This document shows, one piece after another, positions 48,319-60,860 of a DNA stretch of 64,000 bases (positions within the stretch are counted from its first letter, which is position 1; each line of letters opens with the position of its first letter). The translations under genes and the position numbers were made by a program. This DNA is from Eledone cirrhosa (taxonomy: Eukaryota): assembly GCA_964016885.1 (NCBI GenBank), contig OZ024740.1, forward strand, positions 212,660,001-212,724,000, in the 5' to 3' direction. Below the pieces are notes generated by a model. The model did no database searches, was not told where the DNA came from, and was given only the letters and a program-made list of their open reading frames with translations.

Positions 48319-48367
48319 TTGCTCCGAAGACTCCATACCTCGGTTTGGAAGAAACAATTATAAGCGA
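48319..48367 (+). ncRNA. Mutated minimal hammerhead ribozyme motif
   Basis: TTGCT-CCGAAGA-C TCCA...TGGA A-GAAA-C AATT A-TA-AGCGA. Stems I and II pair; there is a U-to-C change in the core and a G-to-A change in stem III. Confidence 0.4.
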
Positions 48368-48432
48368 ATAAATGATTTGAACAGAACTTTGATTCATGTA
48401 ATTTCTATAATTTCTATATAATTTCTATACAT

Positions 48433-48471
<39 letters not shown>

Positions 48472-48801
48472 GATGAATCTACCAAGAGTTTACGGTAGTG
48501 TCCAATCCGTATGAAGAACTCAATGTATTCCGGATATCATGGAAAGGAGAGATGTAATGAAAAACGACTTTCGGTGAAAGATAAACGGTATACAGAGTCA
48601 AGATAAAATATTAAACAAATAATGAATAAACAATTCCTTATATTAAACAAAAAAAGTTCATTATTTAACGATCGTTTCTAGGATATATATGTGTTATAAT
48701 TGGTATGCATATTCAACAGATCTATGTACAAAATTATACAAAATTATACAAATTATCAAGATTAAATATACATACCAAACACATATATACGCCGTCTTCA
48801 G

Positions 48802-48990
48802 AAATAATTGTTTCTACTTTTGGCACAAGGCCAGCAATTATTCCAGTGCATTACTGGTACTTTATTTTATCGACCCCGTAAGGATGAAAGGCAAAGTTAA
48901 CCTCGGCGGGATTTGAACTCAGATCATAAAGGGAGGTAACTCTATGCTTCAAAGCATGGCGTCCGACCCTTACCGATACTGCCAATCCAC
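48802..48990 (-). mobile_element. Full Nin-core tRNA SINE
   Basis: Reverse complement of the 2585-2765 unit, including the head. Confidence 0.85.
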
Positions 48991-49559
48991 AGAAATAATG
49001 AAGTATATTTATTGATAATAACAACAATTCAAAATTTCAGTTCAAAATTGACCAATGAAAACACAAAGGGTTAAATGCAGTTCGGTGTGTGTATATACAT
49101 GTAAAACCCTTACACATATTTTACAAAAATGTATGTATAATTTGTATACGCATACTAAAAGGATGGATGCAAATACGAAATTTCAAGGTTAATGTCTCTG
49201 TGAGCTTACAATGCGCAGATAAGATACTTATGAAATCAAGTATATAAATATATTTTTTCATACTCACACATATCAGTACAATCACACATACACGCGCGTA
49301 TATGCATAAATATACACATAACCACGAACATACAAACACACACACACCCCCACTCACATTTATATATGTGGATATAAAATCATAAGCACATGGATATTAA
49401 TTCACTCACATAAAACACTGGCACACACATTTCTAGATCAAGATACAGAAATTAGGTGGGAGGGGGGGGGGAGGGGTCAATATTCAACTGTCTGAGCAAA
49501 CTGTCTAATATAAATGTATCTATAAATTAAGAAAAATAAAAAAATAAAACAATAAAATA

Positions 49560-49815
49560 TAATAAATATAATATAATATACATACACATACAGATATATA
49601 CACATACATACATGTACGCACACATAGAAATATTTACGCATACACACATACACACGTACATATACAGTCATACACACACATACACTTACACGAACATACA
49701 CATACACATATATAAAAAGATATATATATATACACACACACACACACGCAACACATACACACATACACATATATATAAAAAAATAAATAATAAAGATATA
49801 TACCTATATATATAT

Positions 49816-49862
<47 letters not shown>

Positions 49863-49947
49863 CACACACATACATCTAAATATACATACACAAACATACA
49901 CACATACATGTACATACATGTACATACATATACGCACATCGATATAC

Positions 49948-49978
<31 letters not shown>

Positions 49979-50266
49979 CACACACATAGACATGTAGATA
50001 CATACACACACAACTTACATACACACATATATATATACATGTATATTCATACATAGAATTAGATATATAATTCTACATACTTATGCACTTACTTATACTC
50101 ATATATACAAATACATACGCATCTATATATGCATATATACATAAAAAAAATCTACAACCTCACCTAACTCAGACATACAAATAAAAATAATAATAAAAAG
50201 GCATATGTATATACATACACACACGCATTAATAGAGATATATATATATAGAGACACATACATACAC

Positions 50267-50332
<66 letters not shown>

Positions 50333-50335
50333 ACT

Positions 50336-50373
<38 letters not shown>

Positions 50374-50441
50374 GATATCCACACACTCATACCATCATAA
50401 ATACACATACAAACACCCACATATATATATATATACACACG

Positions 50442-50473
<32 letters not shown>

Positions 50474-50595
50474 TAAAAAACAGACATGCACATATATATA
50501 TATACATTAATTACACTTATATATACACATATTATATACACGTTCACAACCTCACTTATACATACATACACATAAGTTATATTATAATAATAAAG

Positions 50596-50652
<57 letters not shown>

Positions 50653-50746
50653 TATACATACATACATACACATACATACATACATATAAACATATACATA
50701 CATAAATACACACATACTAATAAAGACATATATTCACACATAGACA

Positions 50747-50794
<48 letters not shown>

Positions 50795-51922
50795 TATATA
50801 CATATATACATACACACATATACACAGACACATATACACACTCACATATATATATGTGTGTGTGCGCACACACACATATGTACACACACACACACAAATA
50901 CACATAAACACATACATATGCATACATGCACACACACACACACATATATCACATAGATACGAAGATAAACATATAAATAGAGAGACATACATATATATAC
51001 AACACACATACACACACATACATACACACGCATACATATATACATATATATATACATATATATATTCCTATATATACATGCATACACATATATACACATA
51101 TATACACATACATACACATATACGTATACACATTCACATACACATACATATATAATGCATATATACACATATATACATACATATACACACTCATATATAC
51201 ACACGCAATCTTACAATCATATTTGCATGCGCATATATGTATTTTTATATTTAGATATAAATACCCAAACCTATATAGACACCTACCTACATATATATTC
51301 ATACATAGACGCTTACAAATACAGATGATAATAGTATGGGGGAAAGGGGGGGGTTTGGAGAAGGGGATCAAAGTAAATATATGTTTCAAGAAACATAGAA
51401 AATTTTCCGTATTTTTATCCAATGTATGTTCTTACATATTTTCAGTGTTAGGAAATACGACAAACAAGAACCAAGGCAAAATCTATGCATCTCAAAATAA
51501 ATAAGTATATCATTAATCATATGTTAACTAAACCAAAGATAGTCAACATATTGATTTCTAAGGTGTAAATTAGTTAGGTTTATAATATTTGAAGCAGAAT
51601 TTTGAAGTCAAACAGTAGTAGATTATTAATTACAGTATAACTAAATTAAAGTTAATAACGTTATGGTATCAATATTAGGAAATGAATTTAGTAATAGGGA
51701 AAAAAATAAAATAAAGTATTACATCGGTAGTAGAATATAAATTATATGTTAACTAAATTAAAAATTATATATTTATTTCAATAGTATATGTTAATTAGGT
51801 ATACAATACATAAAGCAGATACTGTATTTCATCAATAGCATAATATAATTATATGCAAATAGAAATCAAAATTAATACGCATACATATACATATACATAC
51901 ACATACACATATACATACATAT

Positions 51923-51987
<65 letters not shown>

Positions 51988-52050
51988 TACATACATACAC
52001 ATACACATACACACACACACATACACATACACATATACATATACATATCT
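49560..52050. repeat. Large compound (TA)/(CA)/(TACA) microsatellite field
   Basis: Seen directly; interrupted by AT-rich sequence at about 51330-51880. Confidence 0.9.
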
Positions 52051-52511
52051 TTTTCAAAAAAATTGCATAGAATATATTAACTAGGTATATATCCAAAACG
52101 CATCCCATTCTATGATTACATGACATTCTGCAATTCGTCTGTATAAGGATACTAATTTTAAGCAAATTAAAATTAAATTTTTTAGGTTGATTAAAACTAA
52201 AACCAAATAATAAATATATTTCTAAAATGTATATTAATTAGGTCTATAATGCTAAAAATTATTTCTCTGTCATTGGATACACGATATTATTTTGTTATAT
52301 TTTATCTGTAAAAGAGTTATAATAAAAGGTTTAAATAAATTAAAATTAATCTATAAATTAAATTACTAAGTATATATTAGTAATATTTAAAGGTTTTTCA
52401 CAATTTATGATTACATAATATTTTATATTCTAATCTGTAATAAAATATTAATTAAATTAAATTTATAGGTTAACTAACATTTAAATTAAATTAATTTCTA
52501 AAATAATGTTA

Positions 52512-54000
52512 TTAATTAGGTTTATAATATTTAAATGTTTTTTTTAGTTTATGATTACACGATATAATTAATTCCTGTCGTTTATTTAATAAGATATCCT
52601 TAGACTTCATTATTTCAAATAGTTCTTGGGAACATAATCTACATTCATTTCTATTATTTTGATAAGGGGTGGCTCTTTTGAGCACACTCCAGGTCAAATC
52701 ATATTTTATATTCTTATTTTTATAACTATTGATTTTTTCTGCTAGAGATGTTGTATTAGCCAGTGCGGCATTTTTAAAACTATGCTTGTGGGTATTAAAC
52801 CTTGTCTTAAAATTGTTAGAGGTAGCTCCTATATATGAGCAAATAGAATCTTTAGTTTTAACATTACATTTATAGACTATGTTGTTAACAAGACAATTCC
52901 CTTTTAATGGGCAGTTTGCTTTGTTTCTACAGTTACATCCTTTCGTTAATTCTGTATTTGAGGAGATATTATGGTTAATTTGATGTACTGGTGGTATACT
53001 TATGGTTTTCTTACATTTATATGCATTATATGCACTTATATTTTGTTTTATGTTATTTGTTGTAGAGTATGAGAATTTAACTGTAGACCTATTTAAGATT
53101 TGATGGTATTTGTGGTTTGGCGGGAAGTTTTTCTCAAGGATATAAAAAAATTTTTTAGCAATATTATCCTTAACTTGTAAATTAAAAGGAGCATTATACC
53201 AAGTAACCCGTCTATTACGGTTTCTATGTTGTTTATTGTTTTTATTATTTTTATAGGTTGTATCGTGATTTTTACTAGGAGGATTAATGTTAATGATCTC
53301 ACCACAACTATTTTTAGTTATATTTGTAGATTTAGGTGTTTTATCTTTTTTATTAGGAGTTTTATTATTAATATTTATTATAGTTGTATGATGAGTAGTT
53401 TTTTGAGAGTTACTATACTTTATATTAGAAGATTTAGTATTTTGGGGTATAGTGTGGGTGGCATTTAGGTGTGTACTTTTCATTTGGTGTTTGTTGGTAA
53501 TATTATGTTGTATGCTTTCAGTATTTTTAGTAGAAGGTATATACTCTAATCTATTTTTGTGGCCACTTCTATCTAGAGCTTCGTTATAGAAGGTCGCATT
53601 TTTATCAAATACATCTTGGTTAGAAGAAAGGTTAGAAATTCTAAGTGATATATTATATGCAAGGTTTTTAAGGATAGATTTAGGGTGATTAGATTGTGAG
53701 TGTATGTAATGTAAGTTTTGGTTAGGTTTATGGTAAGGTTGGTAGATACCCGTAGCTAAATCTAAAGTTATATCTAGGAAATTTACTACTTTACTTGTTT
53801 TTTCAAAAGTAATATTAAGATTATAATAGTCTTTAAGGAAAGTTCTAATATGTTTTTTGTTTTTTTCGATTTCTGAAAGGCTAAGGTTGTTAGAAAGAAG
53901 AAGACAGTCATCACGATATAAACCACCTTTGAGGTGGGGAAAAGAGGCATTTATGTTGAAAAGGAGAAAGAGGCCCACAAGATCAGTAATTTGGGCGAAA
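52512..54000 (-). mobile_element. 5'-truncated Penelope-like element (Naiad-like) with an open RT C-half plus GIY-YIG ORF
   Basis: Open 497-aa ORF: AQITDLVGL, GGLYRDD, VNFLDITL, PYHKP, SNHP, WYNAPF, GCNCRNKANCPLKGNCLVNNIVYKC, YIGAT...FKTRFNTH, CRLCSQE, LLNKRQE. Confidence 0.9.
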
Positions 54001-54488
54001 CACAAAACGTGTTTGTATTGTAACAGACAAAGTATATTGCTCCTTAACTGTAGAGCTGATCTTTAATCCCGTATAAACGGCTGTTATTTCTAGCACCGGG
54101 AATACGGGATGGCTAGTATAGCTGGCTACACACACGTGTAATCAGACCTGCAAAATTTTTGAAGGTGGAATGTACTAATTTTACTGGATTCCTGTTGATA
54201 AGCACAGAAGATTTGGATATTTCACTTTTTATTTCAATTCCATTTCGATTCTCTTTATTTTTCAATTCATGTACCATCGTTGCGAAACATATTTAGGTTT
54301 CGAAGTTCAAATTCATCTACGGAGCGGGTTTGGATTTTGAAATTTAAATTTGTCCAGGAATCACGGCTTTTGCCAATATAAGCTTGTCTTTATTGACTAT
54401 ATCGAGACAGACAAATTGTATTCACTTTAATTAGTTTATTTCATGCTAGCTAACTTTGTCTGTTACAATACAAACACGTTTTGTGTTT
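53998..54488. repeat. 491-bp segment bounded by perfect 36-bp inverted repeats, at the Penelope 5' truncation point
   Basis: AAACACAAAACGTGTTTGTATTGTAACAGACAAAGT (53998-54033) and its reverse complement (54453-54488). Confidence 0.8.
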
Positions 54489-55035
54489 ATCATATATATT
54501 AATATATAACTTGTATTTCACTGCTCAGAAATGCCTCTTTCTTTGAGCTGATTAATTGTAAACGACTATGAGTTTAATCTCTAAATATAATATAGTATAT
54601 ATATATATATATACACATTCAACACAGAGTAGAGAGTTTGACAACAGGTCGATGATTTTAGTCTAGATAGGGTAATGACATGTGATGGTGGGGAGAGAGT
54701 GTAGACGTTATTGTGGTGGCGGGGGACAGTGAGATGTATCTAGTTCATTTGTCCGTTTTCTTCTCTTTGCAAAATTTGAATTTTAGCCATGTTATATTGA
54801 GATGTAAGTAAATGTAAAATGTAAAATATAAATAAGGATTGCTCTGGTAAAATATACTAAAATATTTGTGTAACTTCCACAAACTTCTGTCGTGACATTC
54901 CCGAGTCCAGTGACCAAAGAATTGTTGTATTTTGATGTTTCAGAATACAAAAATTAATTAAAAACTTAGCTCCACGAAAAGACAGCGTGTGTTGTCCTAT
55001 CTATAAGCTCCCTCATACAAACATACATACATACA

Positions 55036-58000
55036 GTCAACGTGATCTGTCGCATATTTTGGCGTGGGAGACTAGACTATTTATTAAATTTAAGATGAAT
55101 ACTATCCCCGACAGTAATCCCACAGCTACAGTCATGTTGAATAACTGGTTATTCTTCTAACTATATCTTCTGAAGACACCTTTTATTCGAATTCGTAGAG
55201 ATATCCGACTAAATACATTATTAATTTTACAAGGATTTACAAAAAACAATCCATCCATTGGCTATATGAACAGAATGAAGCTACATTTGGACGAAATGCA
55301 CGCAGAGCTAAATTATTTCACAGCGAAACAATTACAACAAGCGACGTTTGTTGAACGTAAAAATAAGATAAATATTATTAATTGTAAGTCCCCCACAACA
55401 AACATGTTATCAACAACACGTGCTACAGGTCGCCATGCTACTAGACTGCCTAGCAGCCAGGCCGAACGGCGCCTTGAAACAACTATGCCTGTAAGAAACT
55501 TGACATCACGTGTACCATCTAAGTCTACCTCGAATGCTGTGGAAAACACTATCGATAATAATATTAATCGAAGAAATAATAATAATAATCGAAGAAATTT
55601 GACACCACGTGTACCATCCGAGTCTATCTCGACTGTTGTAGAAAATGCTATCGATAATGATAATAATCAAAAGTATAAACAATTGAAATTTTCCCTCAAC
55701 GAAATCTTCCAGGGAGAAATTAATTCATGTATAAATATCTCTCTTGTTGAACGTATTAAAACGACAATGTTTAATAAAAAATAAAAAAAAATAAAATAAA
55801 TGAAATATTACGTGTTATTGACGAAATAGGGGATGAATATTTACGACGGATAAAAACCCCAATATTTTGGCAAATCAACGCCTGTTTATATGCCTTAACA
55901 ACGACAGTGAAGTATTATCTTGGTGATAGCAGAGATATTAACGAGAACAGAACACCACCAAAAATACCATCATATATAACTAAAATAAAAAAAAGATTGC
56001 TGACCTACGAAAAAACATAGGATATGTAATAATGTTCCTTACATGCAAACAAACACACAAAAAACCTCACTCCTCACCAACAAAGAGTGAAAAATAAAAT
56101 AGAGACGATGTTTGGTAACAGTAGAACCAGAACTCTCCAATATAAGCTGATCAGCCTCAAACAAGAATTGAGAGCTGTTACCGAAAAACGCCGATACTTG
56201 AAGAAGGTAGATGAGAGAAAAGTGCTTAATAAAAGATTCAGACGAAACCAAACATCAGTCTATAGAGATATGACGGGCAAAATAATAAGTGTCACTGAGG
56301 CCCCATCCGAGAAAGACATAGATCCCTTTTGGAGCAAAATATGGGGTGAAAAGAAGAATTTCAACCAAGATGCAGTGTGGCTAAGAGAAATCCGAAAGAA
56401 TTATTGCTCCTACACTACAACAAAAACATACGAAATAAGTGAGGGTGCCCTTGAGACTGTGATAGGAAAACACCAGGAAGAGACATGATTGTCGGCTACT
56501 GGTACAAAAAACTGATATTCTATCGGAGGTATCTTACTGACCTCTACCAACAAGTTCTTAAGGGAGATACACTTATACCAGAATGGTTGACATTAGCACA
56601 AACATTACTGGTCCCCAAGAACAAAGACACCCACTTGGCAAAAAACTACCGACCCATTGCATGCCAAACCTGATGTATAATATGTATACAGCCTGCCTGA
56701 ACCTATCCCTCCAAGATCACTGTGAAAATAATAACATCATCACAGTTGAACAAGCAGCTGGAAAGAAAGGGGTTTGGGGATGTGCTGAACAACTCCTAAT
56801 CAACAAAACTGCGACAACTTAGGAGGTATATGGCTACAGTCTGGCTAGATTACAGGAAAGCTTTCGATTCTGTTCTCCACTCTTGGATGATAGAGGCCCT
56901 CCAACTTGCTAAAGTCCCAGACATTATTGTCAGAGCTATAGAGAGGCTGTCTTCTTCTTGGGTTAAAGACAGAAAGGGACGATTCTATTTTCACTGATAA
57001 AATAAAATATTGCAGGGGTATATTTCAGGGTGACAGTCTCTCTGTGATATTATTCATCTTGTCATTAAACCCCTTGTTCTTTCTGCTCAAGAAATGTGAG
57101 GGATACATCATTGGCTCACAAGAGGACAGAAATATGAACCTAACCCATAATTTCTTTGTGGACGATCTGAAACTCTATGCCAAGAACATGGATGGGATGA
57201 AGAAAAATCTTGACCTGGTTACAACGTTCTCAAAGGATATAGGAATGGAGTTTGGCCAAGATAGCGGCTCATACATGAATGTAAAGCGGGGAAAAACAAC
57301 AACCCAATCTAGCAACATTGACATCAATGGCCTAACTGTTTCACCGATATCTGATGAGGACTTCTACAGATACCTGGGGATAGATGAGAATATATCCTAT
57401 AATGGTATCTGTAATAAAGAACGCGTAACCAGGGAATACTACACCCGATTAAGAAAGATCTGGTCATCGGAACTCTCTGCGCAAAATAAAACTGGCTCAC
57501 AATGTGTTTGCTGTGCCTGTCCTAACACCAACGTTTGGAATACTCAATTGGACGATAGACGAAATCCGAGCAGTTGATGTTGGAACTCGAAAAATACTAA
57601 ACAACACCAGAAACTTCCACATCAACAGTGACATAGACCACCTTTACTTGAAACGTAAGCAGGGAGGCAGAGGCCTAACATCAGTCCAGACAACATTTGA
57701 ATGTCGCATCATATCTCTCCGACAACATCTACGAACCTCGAAGCGTAGGAGCCCGTTTCTCGGGCAAGTCTGCATGAAACAGATAAGATCATGGGAGTTG
57801 GGAAGGAACTCCTCGAGAGATATTCCCTGTGTGATAATCAAAAACTCACACCCAGGGAAGTCGCTCAGCAGTATCGCAGTGAATCCATGGATGAAAAACT
57901 ACATACTTATCAGCAAAAAATCATGCATGGATATGTTGCCAGGAAGCTCCAGAGTGAGAGTAATATAGATAAGGAAAGTAGTCTATCTTGGACCAACAAC

Positions 58001-58870
58001 CACTATGTTGGCTCCCACTTTGAAGGATACGCTTTTGCAATCCAAGAACAAGAGATTAACACGAAATACCTGATTCACAAAAGTGATAGGGATGCAGGCA
58101 AAACACCTAGATGTGATAACAAGTGCAGACTCTGCAGAACTAACATCGAGGATATCACCCATGTCATCAGCAGCTGTCCAAAGATGTCATCACGGTACTA
58201 TCTACCCATGCGGCATGATGTAGTGGCCAAAGCACTGTACAATGCAGTTCGTAAAAAAGATAGCCCCGATAATAAACACATTAAAAGCTACAGCAATGTG
58301 GAAGACATCCATGTACATAATATGAAAGAGTACTGGTGGAATGTTCCAGTAAAAACCCCAATAAAATGCAGGCATAACAAACCAGATATTATGATATGGG
58401 ACAGGGAGAAGAAAGCATGCACAGTAGTGGAAATCTGCAGATACTCCACCCTGATTACACCTTCAGATTTATGCCTGTGATTATTGGGGCACTGGGATAT
58501 GTTAGTAACTGCCTCAATACAAATCTTGAGAAGCTAGGCTTCACAGGAACAGAAAGAACACAACTAGTTAGGAAATTACAAGTACAATCCATTAATGGAA
58601 CAGTAAAAATATGTAAAACATTCCAAATATTTTGCATCTAATAACTGCATATACACATGTACAGATGCAAAGCATATACACATGCACTCATACAACTCAA
58701 AACATCCACATCTACACATACAATAACATCCATATCTACACATGCATACATACATACATATCTACCTAGTTGATGTTATGTAAATTCCAATGAGAGAGTC
58801 TTGTGTCTATGTTAGAAACCGACTCTCTCTCTATTGGGAAAACTTTGTGAAATTATAAAACCAGAAGAAC
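55036..58870 (+). mobile_element. Near-full-length decayed R4-clade LINE inserted in (CATA)n
   Basis: FWSKIWG, NYRPIAC, EQAAGKKGVWGCAEQLLIN, WLDYRKAFDSV, GIFQGDSLS, FVDDLK, YRYLG, GGRGL, CRLC...EDITHVISSC, RHD, KPDIMIWD...VVEI. Many frameshifts; (CATA)n on both sides. Confidence 0.88.
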
Positions 58871-58969
58871 ATACATACACACATACATACATACATACAT
58901 ACATACATACATACATACATACATACATACATACATACATACATACATACATACATACATGCATGCATG

Positions 58970-59195
58970 CATCTAATAATTGCATGTAAACATGACAGAT
59001 ACAAAGTATATGTACATGCACACATATAACTCAAAACATACACATCCACACATACAATAACATCCATACCCATGCATGCAGACATATCTACCTAGTTGAT
59101 GTTTAAATTCCAATGAGAAAGTCTTGTGTCTATGTGAGAAACTGGCTCTCTTTCTCTCTTTGGTAAAAATGTATAAAATTATAAAACCAGAACAT
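58970..59195 (+). repeat. Tandem extra copy of the R4-element 3' UTR (a third copy lies at about 60895-61052)
   Basis: TACCTAGTTGAT...AAATTCCAATGA...AGTCTTG...AGAAAC...ATAAAACCAGAA recurs near 58760, 59088 and 60945. Confidence 0.8.
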
Positions 59196-59246
59196 ACTTA
59201 CATAAATACATACATACACACATACACACACATGTACTCATACATA

Positions 59247-59572
59247 CATGATGGCTGCCCCCTCGTTATCGATATACTATTATTAGTAATTATTAATTAA
59301 ATCTATCGGGCAATGCCTGAGCGCAAAGATTTTTTTTTAAAGTGAAGAAATACTGTGCACTGAGCCAATCCCATTCTCTGAGCGACAGTAGCTAAAACCC
59401 GAAAAGAAGTAAAGATCAACATCATCGTCGCAGGTTTTATGTCGGAGTTATCCCAGTTTCCTGAGTTGCCTTCTCCTAGAAGAATGCCCTGACAAAGGCT
59501 AGGGGTCCTTCACTCTCAGTGGTATAACCACGCGATCGGGTATCCAGCCTGACTATTTCTATGTCCCCGCGC
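59247..59572 (-). mobile_element. Non-autonomous, internally deleted derivative of the RTE-BovB-like LINE
   Basis: 59247-59272 matches the LINE 3' terminus (43341-43366). About 59305-59572 matches its 5' UTR (47250-47527), with the same terminal ATGTCCCCGCGC. Confidence 0.85.
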
Positions 59573-59854
59573 ATATACATACACATACATATGTACATGT
59601 GTATATACATATTTACACATTTTTGGATGGCCATTGACTCTTATGAGTTCTTACGCCCTTTGTCAGGTTTTGTTTTTTGTCCTGCAGGCTGTCCGAAATG
59701 ACCCTCCTCACCAAGTAAACTTGGTGGGGTTGCCAGTTTAGTCGCTGATGACCCAACCATGCGACAGGTTGTACTGGGTTACATGTTACCAGTAGCACTG
59801 AAGAGTGACCCAACATACATACATACATGCATAAATACATACATACGTACATAC

Positions 59855-60860
59855 ATGGTGGCTGCCAACTCGTTTCCGAGTATGGCTACTACTTTATATC
59901 CATGTAGGAGAACCCCTACCGACGCGCTGAACGAGTGTGACTTTTTAGTCCAGCCAGCGACTTGAAAACTCTGGTACAAACACTACACTTGTGACAGTTA
60001 TTGACACATAGTGCTGGGCCCATGGTACCATGTGACGACAAGTGCAGAGAGATCTCCAGATATAAAACAATGCCTGTGCCGTGAAGCTTTTATAGTGAGC
60101 GAAGGCACTGCACAAAGCCAGTCCCACTCTCTTAACCAAGATGATATTTACCAAAAAGAAGAACAAGTCAACATCATTGGATACCATCAGGGTTGCAGGT
60201 GTTATATCAGAGTTTTCCTTCTCCTAGAATTCTGCCTTGACAAAGGCTAAGGGGTCATCTCTCCCGGATACATACATTCATACATGATGGCTGCAAACTC
60301 TTCTAAGAGTATTGCAATCGCTTGTCAGATTATAAAGTTTGATGCAGAGGCAATGCTTGTGCTTTGAAGGTTTTTTAAGTGGGGAAAGGCTTGTACTCGA
60401 CCAATCCCACACTCTGAGCATCGAAAACACTACCCGAAAAAGAGAACTAGTCAACATCATCGGATGCTTCTAAAGCCGCAGGTTTTTTCAGTTTCCCTCT
60501 CTTGGATGGCCATTGACACTGCTGAGTTCCTCCGCCCTTTGCCGAGTCTTGTATTTCATCCCGCAGGGTGTCCAAATATCACCTTCCTCAACAAGCTAGC
60601 TTGGTGGGGTTGCTGGTTTAGTCGCCAACATACATACATGATGGCTGCAAAACTGCTAAAAGTATTGCAATCGAGTGTAATATTCAGATGTGTGACGCTC
60701 GGATATGGCTTTTCAAGCCTGCTAGAGACTTGCACCCCTTCGCACATTGACAATAACTATGGATCTCCCTGGCCTCAGGTCTTGCATCAGGTTGCCTGTG
60801 AACCTTCATAATACCGTGGAGATCATAGTTCACTGGTTCTCTCTGAACATGGCTGTGACT
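59855..60860 (-). mobile_element. Stack of older RTE-derived short elements separated by (CATA)n
   Basis: Termini CATGRTGGCTGC near 59855, 60283 and 60638; shared CCCACTCT...AAAAGA...AGTCAACATCAT block and CCTTCTCCTAGAA. The last one retains CAKGCKSLAGLKSHIRASH. Confidence 0.7.

Noticed and set aside
51392-51449. Minus-strand hammerhead in the Penelope 3' region
   Set aside because: The core reads CTGAAAA, stem II is unconvincing, and such AT-rich pairing is expected by chance.
49477-52165. Many ORFs rich in [12 protein letters not shown] (also at 9193-9836, 25669-25980, 36929-37449, 43277-43606, 58812-59085)
   Set aside because: They are translations of dinucleotide microsatellites.
55266-55784. 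Separate 172-aa host gene
   Set aside because: It lies within the R4-clade element upstream of the RT and is most simply its frameshifted N-terminal region.
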